A stretch of DNA of 64,000 bases from Candidatus Oxydemutatoraceae bacterium (GCA_965220085.1 CBDCOZ010000003.1:1696001-1760000), one strand, 5' to 3'. Positions 22,134 through 32,312 are shown, counted from the stretch's first letter. Notes: a model not told the origin generated them from the sequence alone. Numbers and translations: made by a program.

Positions 22134-23460
22134 ATGAAACGAGAGCCTTTTAATACCCCCCCCCCCCCGGCGCAGGAGCCTGCACCACTTATGGTCGCTG
22201 GCACTGCTCGCCCTTTTCATCTTATCCACCCAGGCCCAACCGCACAGCAACCACGCTCCCGACAGCCCGGTTGTTCTGGGTCTGATTAAGCCGAACGCCA
22301 GCAATAAAAATGTATGGGTGTTGCCCACTGCCACCGCCGACAGCCCGTACACTTTCAAGACGAACGACTTTCCTTTTTTTGACCGTGACGGCGATACCCT
22401 GACCAGGGTCACCATAAAGAGCCTGCCATCCGCCGGAACCATGCTGGTGGACGGTTCCGCCGCCACTCAGGGGCAGAATGTGGCAACCGCCGACATCGGC
22501 ACCATCAAATACTATCCGGCACCGGGACAGTCCGCACAGGCCAACTACGCCAGCTTCACATTCAGCGTCACGGCTGGCGGTCAGGAATCCGGCAATGGCA
22601 CAATCACCATCAATCTTATCGCAACCGAGCAAGTCCCAGCCACCGGCTCGCTCGCACTATTTCTACTGCACGGCAGCGATACAAGCGCATTAGATGAGGA
22701 TACGCCATTAGAGGAGGATATACCATTAGGCATATCAGGTTTTTTCAGCATTGTCGACCTCAACACCATACCTAGCGGCGCACTGACAAGCCTCAAATTT
22801 AAATGGCAACAATCCGCCACCCGGGGCGGCCAATTCACAGACATCACTGATACCAGTCTCGGAAACCCCAATTTCACCCCTCTGCAAATCCATGTGGGCA
22901 CATACATACGCGGCTGTGTCGTCTTTCTGGACGGACATGCCACCCCCAACCTTGAGACGGTGTGCTCCGCAGCTGGTCAGGTAACGAATAGAGGCGACCA
23001 GCCCGTGGGCGGCCCCAGCACTGTTAAGGTGCCAACTAATGCCATACCCACTAAGCCGCACCGCTTTGCGCGGACGGACTTTCCCTTTTCCGATGAGGAT
23101 GGCGACACCATCAATGGCATTCGCATAACCGCCCCGCCCACCAGAGGCACCCTGGTGGTGCGGGCGGGCGATTCCAGCACCGCCATAGCCATAGGCGCCG
23201 AGCTGACCCTGGCCCAGATGAATGCCCTGGCATACTATCCGGAACCCAATGCCCCCGCTGGTGCGGGCTATGCGACATTCACATACAGAGTGCGGGATAC
23301 TGGCACTGTAAGCACCCAGGTCTTAAGATGCATAGGGACTGATTGCAGTCAATATGCTGGCAGCACCAACGAGGCCGACACCGATTCCACCCTCACCATA
23401 GACCTGATAAACACAATCCGCCTGCGGTTGCGCGTTTTCCTTGAGGGGCCGTTGCGGTAG
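22134..23460 (+). CDS. LEGPLR-family secreted protein, paralog 5, frameshifted at C13 tract (putative phase OFF)
   Basis: ATG at 22134 gives MKREPFNTPPP; the +1 frame RRRSLHHLWSLALLALFILSTQAQ leads into ORF 22318; ends IRLRLRVFLEGPLR. Confidence 0.85.
22156..22168 (+). repeat. poly-C (C13) in signal-peptide coding region
   Basis: 13 C counted. Confidence 0.9.
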
Positions 23461-23640
23461 CGCGAGCAATTCTCGCGAGGCGGGTGCCTAGCACATTCCC
23501 CTCGCCGCGAGAGTCGGCAGGAATAGGGCGAAGCCGCCGCCATTACCATGCGTGAAACGGCAATGTTTGAGCGCGATGAAACAAGCGATGAAACAGCGCC
23601 GTTTCACAACACCCTCCGTCGCCGGTCAGGCGGAGTCAAG

Positions 23641-24062
23641 CATAGAATCCCCAAGCTGCTCGCCGCCCTTTACAGACTTAGATAGAATCACCCAGCCGCT
23701 TACGCATAGAATCCCCAAGCTGCTCGCCGCCCTTTAACAGACTTAGATAGAATCACCCAGCCGCTTACGCATAGAATCCCCAAGCCGCTCGCCGCCCTTT
23801 ACAGACTTAGATAGAATCACCCAGCCGCTTACGCATAGAATCCCCAAGCTGCTCGCCGCCCTTTACAGACTTAGATAGAATCACCCAGCCGCTTACGCAT
23901 AGAATCCCCAAGCCGCTCGCCGCCCTTTACAGACTTAGATAGAATCACCCAGCCGCTTACGCATAGAATCCCCAAGCTGCTCGCCGCCCTTTACAGACTT
24001 AGATAGAATCATCCAGCCGCTTACGCATAGAATCCCCAAGCTGTTCGCCGCCCTTTACAGAC
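23641..24062. repeat. 64-bp tandem repeat, ~6.5 copies
   Basis: Unit catagaatccccaagctgctcgccgccctttacagacttagatagaatcacccagccgcttacg starting at 23641, 23705, 23770, 23834, 23898, 23962, 24026. Confidence 0.95.
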
Positions 24063-24108
24063 AGGGAAAAATCAGGATACTAATAGGCTTGAACGAACGT
24101 TTCGCACC

Positions 24109-24684
24109 ATGCAACATCTTGAGCAAAAAATTCTGCGCGTTGATATTGGCGGCATGCCGATCGATTGGATCGGCTATCAGGATGCGGTTAAATTCCACTG
24201 CGCCGGACACGCGGCCTACAGTCTGGGGCGGCGCCTGTTCAACATTCGCGGCGGCATCAATGCGATTACCGGTCGCCGCAGTGTGATAGAAATTAATTCT
24301 ATCCTCGCGACCCGCGGCAAAAATCCGCACATTGAAAAATCGTATGTGCCGCCGCTCAACAACCTCGCTCTTTTTCGCCGCGACTCTTTCATCTGCATGT
24401 ACTGTGGCGAGCACATGCCCCGTTGCAAACTGTCGCGCGACCACATTATCCCGCTGCGCCAAGGCGGCACGGACGAATGGAGCAATGTCATCACCGCATG
24501 CAAACGCTGCAACAACCAAAAAGCCGGTCGCACGCCGGAACAAGCGGAGATGAAATTGCTGGCCATCCCGTTTGTGCCGACCCACGCCGAATACATCTAC
24601 TTGCAAGCGCGCAATGTCCTTGCCGACCAAATGGATTTTTTGAAAGCGCACTTTCCGAGAACCAGCCGTCTGCGTAACAGCTGA
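24109..24684 (+). CDS. HNH endonuclease (McrA-like)
   Basis: RD.F.CMYCG...DHIIP...GG..W.NVITACKRCNNQK. Confidence 0.93.
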   Translation: MQHLEQKILRVDIGGMPIDWIGYQDAVKFHCAGHAAYSLGRRLFNIRGGINAITGRRSVIEINSILATRGKNPHIEKSYVPPLNNLALFRRDSFICMYCGEHMPRCKLSRDHIIPLRQGGTDEWSNVITACKRCNNQKAGRTPEQAEMKLLAIPFVPTHAEYIYLQARNVLADQMDFLKAHFPRTSRLRNS

Positions 24685-24701
24685 GGCAAGTCCGGCGGCA
24701 A

Positions 24702-25784
24702 GTGACTTACATCAACGACAAATACTACAACCACTTATCGCCGTTGCGCACCGGAGCGCTCCTAGTCAACCTCGGCACGCCGCAAGCCCCGACGACATCC
24801 GAGGTCGGGCGTTACCTCAAAGAATTCCTGTCCGACCGACGGGTGATTGAGGTTCCCCGCATGGTGTGGTGGCTGATTCTGCGCCTTGCGATACTGCCGT
24901 TTCGTTCCGGCAAAAGCGCGCGGGCATATGCAAAGATTTGGACTCCGGAAGGGTCTCCGTTGCTGGCGCACACGCGCAACATCGCCCGCGCACTCGAACA
25001 AAAGCTCAAACAAACGCGCCCCGACATCATCGTCTCTGTCGCCATGACCTACGGCTCTCCCGACATCGCCGGGGCGCTGGACGCATTGCGCGAAGCCAAT
25101 GTCCGCAAGTTGCTCGTATTGCCGCTCTTCCCGCAATACTCCGCGACCACGACAGGCGCGGTGTTTGACGCCGTGACCCGCGCCCTGCGCAAACAACGTT
25201 GGCTGCCGGAACTGCGCTTCATCAACAGCTATCACGACCACCCGCAATACATCGCCGCGTGCGCAAAACAGATTGCGGCGCAGCGCAACAACAAGCACAA
25301 CGACAAGCTGATCCTGTCCTTTCACGGCTTGCCCAAGCGCAACCTGCTCAACGGCGACCCGTATCACTGCCAATGCCACAAGAGCGCGCGCCTGATCGCC
25401 GAAACATTACAACTCGCGGATGACGACTGGACTGTCACTTTTCAATCGCGCTTCGGTGCGGCCGAATGGCTCAAACCCTATACCGACCACACGCTGATTG
25501 AGTTGGGCAAAAAATCCAAGCGGTCGGTTTCTGTTTTCTGCCCCGGATTTGCCGCCGACTGTCTGGAAACACTCGAAGAGATTGCCATCCAAAACCGCGA
25601 TGTCTTTGCCGATGCGGGCGGCAAGGAGTTTCAATACATCCCGGCCCTAAACGACTGCGAGGAACACATCGCCGCGCTGGACGCGCTCGTTCGCGCGCAT
25701 CTACAGGGCTGGGAAACCCCCGACAACGACAGCGCCATGCGCGCTATGCAGCTGGAACGCGCACAAGCGCTCGGCGCCGACTGA
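24702..25784 (+). CDS. hemH: ferrochelatase
   Basis: [35 protein letters not shown]. Confidence 0.98.
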   Translation: MTYINDKYYNHLSPLRTGALLVNLGTPQAPTTSEVGRYLKEFLSDRRVIEVPRMVWWLILRLAILPFRSGKSARAYAKIWTPEGSPLLAHTRNIARALEQKLKQTRPDIIVSVAMTYGSPDIAGALDALREANVRKLLVLPLFPQYSATTTGAVFDAVTRALRKQRWLPELRFINSYHDHPQYIAACAKQIAAQRNNKHNDKLILSFHGLPKRNLLNGDPYHCQCHKSARLIAETLQLADDDWTVTFQSRFGAAEWLKPYTDHTLIELGKKSKRSVSVFCPGFAADCLETLEEIAIQNRDVFADAGGKEFQYIPALNDCEEHIAALDALVRAHLQGWETPDNDSAMRAMQLERAQALGAD

Positions 25785-26108
25785 CTCAATCTCCGCTCAA
25801 GGTCCGCGCCAACCCTCGGCACTGACGCCGCCGACTGCCTGGAAACACTCGAAGAGATCGCCATCCAAAACCGTGATGTCTTTGCCGATGCGGGCGGCAA
25901 GGAGTTTCAATACATCCCGGCCCTAAACGGTTGCGAAGAACACATCGCCGCGCTGGACGCACTCGTTCGCGCGCATTTGCAGGGCTGGGAAAACCCCGAC
26001 AACGACAGCGAAACGCGCGCCATGCAACTGGAACGCGCACAAGCGCTCGGCGCTGATTGACTCAATCTCCGCTCAAGGTCCGCGCCAACCCTCGGCACTG
26101 ACGCCGCC
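25551..26108. repeat. 276-bp tandem duplication of the hemH 3' end / exonuclease 3' end junction
   Basis: Copies at 25551 and 25827; gccgcc microhomology at the joint. Confidence 0.93.
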
Positions 26109-26976
26109 GCCAATCGCCAAAAGCGAGGCGGTCTAAGAACCGCTCCAGACGCTCGCCATCAACCGCCCCCACGGCGGTTGCGCAATCGGCGGGGATATCC
26201 ACATCGCAATATATCTCGGTCAAACGGCGCGCCAAGCGCACCGTCTCGCTATATTCCCGCAGCGATGCCTCGATGCGCTTTGCGCCGCGTATCTTGAGCG
26301 TGCCGACCTCGTCCGGATTCTCAAAGATTTTGCTCAGAGAGCCGAAATGTCGCAACAAACGGACAGCGGTCACCGTACCGATACCCGGCACACCGGGGAT
26401 ATTGTCCACCGGGTCGCCGGCCAAGGCGAGCATATCCGCAATCTGTTCGGGATAGACGCCAAACTTTTCGCAGATGCCGTCATAGTCCAACAATACCCGC
26501 TGTGCGTAATTCCAGAAGTAATCGCCTTCGCCCACCACCTGCGCGAGGTCTTTGTCGCCGCTAACCACCACGATGGAATGCCCCTTCGCCTTCTCGCGCG
26601 CCGACAAGGTGCCTATCAAGTCATCGGCTTCATAAAGCGGGTCGGATATCTCGCTGATACCGAGCGCCGCGACGAATTCCCGGCACATTTGAAACTGCGC
26701 TTTGAGTTCGGCCGGCGCGGGTTCGCGGTTCGCCTTATACGGCGGATATATCTGATTGCGAAAAGACGTTTCAAAGCTTTCGTCAAAAGCAAAAACGATG
26801 GGACACGGGGCTTTCTCGCGCAGCAGGCGGGTTACGAATTCGCAAAAGCCATAGACCGCATTGGCCGGATTGCCGTCGCAGTCGGTAACAGTATCCGACA
26901 CCGAGAACCACGAGCGAAAGACATAGATGCTCGCATCAACAAGATAAACAGGCTGCTTGTCGGTGTGCATCGTCAT
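26062..26976 (-). CDS. 5'-3' exonuclease / flap endonuclease (ExoIX/PolI N-terminal-like)
   Basis: LVDAS.YVFR, YKANR, EADD, SGDKD, GDPVDNIPGVPGIG. Confidence 0.93.
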   Translation of the reverse strand: MTMHTDKQPVYLVDASIYVFRSWFSVSDTVTDCDGNPANAVYGFCEFVTRLLREKAPCPIVFAFDESFETSFRNQIYPPYKANREPAPAELKAQFQMCREFVAALGISEISDPLYEADDLIGTLSAREKAKGHSIVVVSGDKDLAQVVGEGDYFWNYAQRVLLDYDGICEKFGVYPEQIADMLALAGDPVDNIPGVPGIGTVTAVRLLRHFGSLSKIFENPDEVGTLKIRGAKRIEASLREYSETVRLARRLTEIYCDVDIPADCATAVGAVDGERLERFLDRLAFGDWRRRQCRGLARTLSGD

Positions 26977-27066
26977 GAATTCGGAATCGTTCTGGCCGGC
27001 GCTTCCCGAACGAAGTGTCAGCCCATGCGGCCTCGCTCGAACGAGAGCGGCGCAAGCGACGACAAC

Positions 27067-27282
27067 TTATGCCTTCGCTTTCTTGCCGTAGCGCTTGCGG
27101 AATTTGTCTACCTGACCTACGCTCTCCAAAATCTTCTGTTGCCCGGTATAGAACGGATGGCAGGCGGAACAGATCTCAACTGCGAGCGTATCCTCGGCAT
27201 AGGTGGAATGGATAGTCATACTATTGCCACAAGTACAAGTCACCTTGACCTCGTGATATTTCGGGTGGATATCGGTTTTCAT
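27067..27282 (-). CDS. rpmE: 50S ribosomal protein L31 (zinc-binding type)
   Basis: MKTDIHPKY...CTCG...CSACHPFYTG. Confidence 0.98.
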   Translation of the reverse strand: MKTDIHPKYHEVKVTCTCGNSMTIHSTYAEDTLAVEICSACHPFYTGQQKILESVGQVDKFRKRYGKKAKA

Positions 27283-27548
27283 CGGATTTGCAAACTTTCA
27301 AATATAACTCTGTCAGGTGGCGCATGATAATAGAAAGCCCCTCGCCATGCAAGAACATCGCCATTTCCGCGCCGCCTCGGGTTGCCGACAAAGGGCTTGT
27401 GGACAATTCTGTTAGTAACTCCGCATCTGCGGGCAAAATTTGCGATTATCAATAACATATAAAATAATGTCGGTATTATGCGAGTTTAGCCGTAAGGTCA
27501 TGATATACCTGTGGAAACAATAGCCCCCCCGATGATTATCCGGCTTGC

Positions 27549-28793
27549 CTAACCGCCATCGGGCCCAAATGCGCCAACCTGTGAATAGACTATCTCGGTT
27601 GCCTCCATATTTTGTGACAGGGCAGCGCCCTGAGGCAGACATTCCTCTAACAGTTGGTCGAGAAACCAATACGAATATTGGGTCGTCCGAAGACGCCCCG
27701 CATCGTATCGCAATTTGCCCTGCTCCGCCAAGAGGGAAACCTTCCGCTTGAGAGACTCGGCGGGCAGACCCGTATGCCGCTCAAATGTGGCGAGCTCCGC
27801 GCCGTCACGCAAGCGCAACGCATTCATCAGGAACTCAAAGACCATGCTATCGCGATCGACGACCCATTCCTGCGCACAGCAATCACCAGCGCGCGCGCGC
27901 TCCATATACGCTTCGGGCATGCGTGTCTTACGCCGACGGATAACCTTATCGGGCAAGGAAATACTCAATTTGCCATGCGCCCCGGCGCCTATGCCGAGGT
28001 AATCTCCAAAGCGCCAATAATTCAGATTATGCCGACATGGCTTGCCGAACGCCGACACTTCGTAACGCGAATATCCGCCGCTTTGCAACAAAGACATCGC
28101 GGCTTCCTGAAACCGAAACACGTCATCGTCGGCGGGAAGCGACGGCGGAAACTTGTAAAACACCGTATTCGGCTCAAGCGTCAGTTGATAGTAAGAAATG
28201 TGAGAAGGCTTGAGACGTATCGCACAACGCACATCGGCCAAAGCTTCTTGCGCTGTCTGTTGCGGCAAACCAAACATCAGGTCGAGATTCAGGTTATCAA
28301 ACCCCGCCTGCTGCGCCAGCGCCGCCGCCCGCCGCGCCTCGGCGCCATCGTGAGCGCGGGAAAGCCGCCGCAAAGCGGCGCTGTCAAAACTCTGAACACC
28401 GATGGACAACCGGTTGATTCCGGCGGCGCGAAAGCCCTTGAAGCGCTCCGCATCGGCGCTATCCGGATTCGCCTCCAGCGTGATCTCGCAATCCCCCGCC
28501 AACGGAACAAGGCGGCGGATTCCCGATAGCAACCCGCGTATGGCATCGGCGCCAAACAAACTCGGCGTGCCGCCGCCGATAAAAATACTCGCCAAAGAAC
28601 GCCCGCCGACATAGGCGAGTTCCGATTCCAAATCCGCAAGCAACGCTTTGACATACGCCTCTTCGGGCAACGCGCCGGCGGCGGCGTGCGAATTGAAATC
28701 GCAATACGGGCATTTTGATACGCACCACGGCAGATGCGCATACAGAGCAAGCGGCGGCAAATTGCTTGCGGACTGCGCTTGCAAATCGCTCAT
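27549..28793 (-). CDS. hemW: radical SAM heme chaperone HemW
   Basis: LYAHLPWCVSKCPYCDFNSH, HNLNYWRFGDYLGIG; ATGA overlap with rdgB. Confidence 0.95.
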   Translation of the reverse strand: MSDLQAQSASNLPPLALYAHLPWCVSKCPYCDFNSHAAAGALPEEAYVKALLADLESELAYVGGRSLASIFIGGGTPSLFGADAIRGLLSGIRRLVPLAGDCEITLEANPDSADAERFKGFRAAGINRLSIGVQSFDSAALRRLSRAHDGAEARRAAALAQQAGFDNLNLDLMFGLPQQTAQEALADVRCAIRLKPSHISYYQLTLEPNTVFYKFPPSLPADDDVFRFQEAAMSLLQSGGYSRYEVSAFGKPCRHNLNYWRFGDYLGIGAGAHGKLSISLPDKVIRRRKTRMPEAYMERARAGDCCAQEWVVDRDSMVFEFLMNALRLRDGAELATFERHTGLPAESLKRKVSLLAEQGKLRYDAGRLRTTQYSYWFLDQLLEECLPQGAALSQNMEATEIVYSQVGAFGPDGG

Positions 28794-29377
28794 GACAAAC
28801 AACGCTTATACAAGCCGGAAAATGCCTGTGCCCGATGGCTGCGGCGGTTCTTCTCTTGCGCCGACAACTCTGCGGCGGTACAACCGCACTCGGGCAAATA
28901 AAAAACGGGATCATAACCAAACCCGCCCGCGCCCGCAGGAGCGGCAGCGATCCTGCCCTCCCAAGATGCGCTGACATGCGCCGGCGCGCTGTCTTCGCCG
29001 CCGCGAAGGCACACCGCAACGCAACAAAACCTCGCCCCGCGCCGCTCATCCGGCACTCCCCGCAGGGCAAGCAACAACTTGTTTACATTGTCGGAATCGG
29101 CGGCATGCTCCCCCGCATAGCGCGCCGAATATATCCCCGGCGCGCCGTCAAGCGCGGCCACTTCCAAACCCGAATCCTCGGCAATCACTGGCAAACCCGT
29201 CGCCGCCGCCGCATGCCGCGCCTTGATCAGCGCGTTTTCCAAAAAAGTCGTGCCGGTCTCGGGCGGAGACACCAGATCAAAGTCCGATTGCGGTCGCAAA
29301 TCGGCGGCCAACTCGGGCAATATATCGCGAATCTCATCCAACTTGTGTCGATTACCGCTTGCAAGCACCAACCTCAC
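28790..29377 (-). CDS. rdgB: dITP/XTP pyrophosphatase RdgB
   Basis: GTG start (MRLVLASGN) after GGGAGG; EDSGL, GFGYDP, SHRA. Confidence 0.96.
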   Translation of the reverse strand: MRLVLASGNRHKLDEIRDILPELAADLRPQSDFDLVSPPETGTTFLENALIKARHAAAATGLPVIAEDSGLEVAALDGAPGIYSARYAGEHAADSDNVNKLLLALRGVPDERRGARFCCVAVCLRGGEDSAPAHVSASWEGRIAAAPAGAGGFGYDPVFYLPECGCTAAELSAQEKNRRSHRAQAFSGLYKRCLS

Positions 29378-29566
29378 CGCCGTCCTCCCGCCAGAGCGCG
29401 TTCGTGCGACGCTCCGGAGCCGCTTGCGAGCGCCAACTTCACCGCCGTCCTCCCGCCTACGACCCGAGGCAATTCTTTTGCAATGCTTGCAAGCACCAAC
29501 CTCACCGCCGTCCTCCCGCCCACAACCGCCCACAACCGCCTACAACCCGAGGCAATTCTTTTGCAA
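29357..29566. repeat. imperfect triplication of the rph stop / rdgB RBS-start junction
   Basis: gcttgc.agc.ccaac.tcaccgccgtcctcccgcc three times; acccgaggcaattcttttgcaa twice. Confidence 0.85.
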
Positions 29567-30265
29567 AGCGACGATCTCCGCCGTCCCCCGCCGCGCGAGT
29601 TTCAGCATCGCTTCCAACTCATCTTGCCGAAAAGCATGCCCCTCGGCGGTACCCTGCACTTCGATGTAATGCCCGGCATCGTTCATGATGACATTGAGGT
29701 CGGTCTCGGCATGGCTGTCCTCTTCGTAGTCAAGGTCCACCACCGCCGCCCCCTTGTATATCCCCGCAGACACCGCCGCCACCATCCCGTGCACGGGATT
29801 GCGCGCCGCCACATCCGGCGGCAAGCTGTCGATCGCGCCGCGCAGGGCGATATACCCGCCGCTGACAGCAGCGGTGCGCGTGCCGCCATCGGCCTGCAGC
29901 ACATCGCAATCCACCGTAATCGTGCGCTCGCCGATAGCGGCGAAATCCAGACACGCCCGCAAGCACCGCCCGATCAAGCGCTGAATCTCCTGACTGCGCC
30001 CGGTCTGCTTGCCGCGCGCGCTCTCGCGGCTCATGCGCGACAGGGTGGAACACGGCAACATCCCGTACTCGGCCGTCAGCCAGCCGCGCCCTCGCCCCTT
30101 GAGAAACTGGGGCACGCGTTCTTCTATCGTCGCGGCGCACACAACCCGGGTATCCCCGTAACCGACCAAGACCGAGCTCGTCGCGTTCTTGATATAGTCG
30201 AGTTCAAAAGAAATCGGGCGCAACTCGTCAAAAGCGCGACCGCTGGGTCTGGTTATTACATCCAT
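29540..30265 (-). CDS. rph: ribonuclease PH
   Basis: Start [10 protein letters not shown]; [20 protein letters not shown]. Confidence 0.97.
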   Translation of the reverse strand: MDVITRPSGRAFDELRPISFELDYIKNATSSVLVGYGDTRVVCAATIEERVPQFLKGRGRGWLTAEYGMLPCSTLSRMSRESARGKQTGRSQEIQRLIGRCLRACLDFAAIGERTITVDCDVLQADGGTRTAAVSGGYIALRGAIDSLPPDVAARNPVHGMVAAVSAGIYKGAAVVDLDYEEDSHAETDLNVIMNDAGHYIEVQGTAEGHAFRQDELEAMLKLARRGTAEIVALQKNCLGL

Positions 30266-30334
30266 GAGCGTATTATCGGAAAATATTCTGGTATTATAAA
30301 CAATTCCCGCGCCCCGTGACGCGGCCATCAAAGA

Positions 30335-30838
30335 ATGCCCGATAAAACCACAACCGCATTGCCGCAACCATCCGAGGAGAACGCCTTTTTGGCCGGCCAC
30401 ATCGCCCTCCTCTGCGACAGCTACCAGCGCCACACCGGACGCACATTGATCGCGCCCGGCAACGACGGCTATGAGACCGCAAAAGCGATATGGCACGCGC
30501 CGTTTGTCGTCGCATCACACAACACCGATGCGAACCCGCTGTTCGCGTATGCCAACCGCATCGCGCTGGAACTGTTTGCGATGGACTGGCGGCAACTCGT
30601 GCGCACCCCCTCCGCGCAATCGGCCGAAGCGGCACACCAGACCGAACGCGCGCGCCTGCTCGAGCAAGTCAGCGAGAAAGGCTATATGGACAATTACAGC
30701 GGCATCCGCATCTCGGCGCGCGGCAGGAGGTTTCGCGTCAAAAACGCGATTATCTGGAACCTAAAAGACGACAGCGGGCGGTATGCGGGGCAAGCGGCGA
30801 GCTTTTCGGATTGGGAATTTCTTGACGCGGCGCGCTGA
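30335..30838 (+). CDS. MEKHLA domain (PAS-like) protein
   Basis: APFVVASH...PLFAYAN..AL.LF...PS..SAE...ER..LL..V...GY...YSGIRIS..GRRF. Confidence 0.88.
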   Translation: MPDKTTTALPQPSEENAFLAGHIALLCDSYQRHTGRTLIAPGNDGYETAKAIWHAPFVVASHNTDANPLFAYANRIALELFAMDWRQLVRTPSAQSAEAAHQTERARLLEQVSEKGYMDNYSGIRISARGRRFRVKNAIIWNLKDDSGRYAGQAASFSDWEFLDAAR

Positions 30839-30904
30839 GAGCAGGAGTTGCTATAATGGCGGAACATACGCCCCGTGACGAAGCGGGCGACTGAGGCAAA
30901 CATA

Positions 30905-31105
30905 ATGACGAAACAGGAAAAAATCAAAAAACTGATTGCGATGCAAAAAAACTTCCTTGAAAAGGAGAAGCGCGAAGGGGTTTCCATGCGCGAATACTTT
31001 CTGCCCGAAGAAGGGTCGGAGTTGCACAGCTACCGCGAAGAGTACATCAACACCGCGATGGACGTGGTCGCAGACGCGCACAAAGAAATCGGCTCAAAAG
31101 GCTGA
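30905..31105 (+). CDS. small hypothetical protein
   Basis: MTKQEKIKKLIAMQK...; GAGG RBS; protein-like composition. Confidence 0.7.
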   Translation: MTKQEKIKKLIAMQKNFLEKEKREGVSMREYFLPEEGSELHSYREEYINTAMDVVADAHKEIGSKG

Positions 31106-31114
31106 GCGAAACGC

Positions 31115-31468
31115 ATGCTGTTGAAGCTGGCGGTCGGCGAACAAATCTACGCGGTTGAAGTCCCAGACTCCCTCATCGCCGAAGCCGAAGACATCTTCAA
31201 AAAAATAGACGCCGACATGGATCGCGGCTGGCAGATGAGCCGCACTTGGGCGGACAATCCCGACACGTTGCAACGCTGTCAGATTCTCGCCGACAAGGCC
31301 CTCACCGCATTACACAAACAGAACCGACAGATGGTGCAAATATCGGCGGCGTACATATTGTCGCGCCTGCCGGGCGTGACCCGCGTAGATATCGCAACAG
31401 ACGGCGACATGACGCAAACCCACTTTGAAATGAGCGAACACCGAGACCAAACGCGGCGCGGCCCTTGA
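31115..31468 (+). CDS. hypothetical protein
   Basis: FKKIDADMDRGWQMSR.W...P...RCQI.ADK; its C-terminus is supplied by the repeat array. Confidence 0.75.
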   Translation: MLLKLAVGEQIYAVEVPDSLIAEAEDIFKKIDADMDRGWQMSRTWADNPDTLQRCQILADKALTALHKQNRQMVQISAAYILSRLPGVTRVDIATDGDMTQTHFEMSEHRDQTRRGP

Positions 31469-32312
31469 CGCTCAGGCACCGCAAACCCGCTTTGAAATGA
31501 GCGAACACCGAGACCAAACGCGGCGCGGCCCTTGACGCTCAGGCACCGCAAACCCGCTTTGAAATGAGCGAACACCGAGACCAAACGCGGCGCGGCCCTT
31601 GACGCTCAGGCACGCAAACCCACTTTGAAATGAGCGAACACCGAGACCAAACGTAGCGCGGCCCTTGACGCTCAGGCACCGCAAACCCGCTTTGAAACAA
31701 GCGAACACCGAGACCAAACGCGGCGCGGCCCTTGACGCTCAGGCGCCGCAAACCCGCTTTGAAATGAGCGAACACCGAGACCAAACGCGGCGCGGCCCTT
31801 GACGCTCAGGCACCGCAAACCCGCTTTGAAATAAACGAACACCGAGACCAAGCGCGGCGCGGCCCTTGACGCTCAGGCACCGCAAACCCGCTTTGAAATG
31901 AGCGAACACCGAGACCAAACGCGGCGCGGCCCTTGACGCTCAGGCACCGCAAACCCGCTTTGAAATGAGCGAACACCGAGACCAAACGCGGCGCGGCCCT
32001 TGACGCTCAGGCACCGCAAACCCGCTTTGAAATAAACGAACACCGAGACCAAGCGCGGCGCGGCCCTTGACGCTCAGGCACCGCAAACCCGCTTTGAAAC
32101 AAGCGAACACCGAGACCAAACGCGGCGCGGCCCTTGACGCTCAGGCACCGCAAACCCGCTTTGAAACAAGCGAACACCGAGACCAAACGCGGCGCGGCCC
32201 TTGACGCTCAGGCACCGCAAACCCGCTTTGAAATAAGCGAACACCGAGACCAAACGCGGCACGGCCCTTGACGCTCAGGCACCGCAAACCCGCTTTGAAA
32301 TGAGCGAACACC
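31414..32312. repeat. 67-bp tandem repeat, 13 full copies plus a partial
   Basis: Unit gcaaacccgctttgaaatgagcgaacaccgagaccaaacgcggcgcggcccttgacgctcaggcacc with a few SNP variants. Confidence 0.97.

Larger units (their letters stand above)
21594..22168 (+). repeat. ~580-bp direct repeat, copy 2
   Basis: Matches 19081..19661 up to the poly-C. Confidence 0.95.

Noticed and set aside
23641-24062. CRISPR array next to HNH nuclease
   Set aside because: No unique spacers; the HNH protein is 191 aa with no RuvC or Cas features.
28835-30319. Long antisense ORFs (also 9874-11325, 38751-40313, 48290-49441)
   Set aside because: Shadow frames of well-supported genes in GC-rich DNA.
31414-32312. CRISPR array (29+38 bp period, TTTGAAA motif)
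   Set aside because: Would-be spacers are identical, the repeat derives from a gene end, and no cas genes are in the window.
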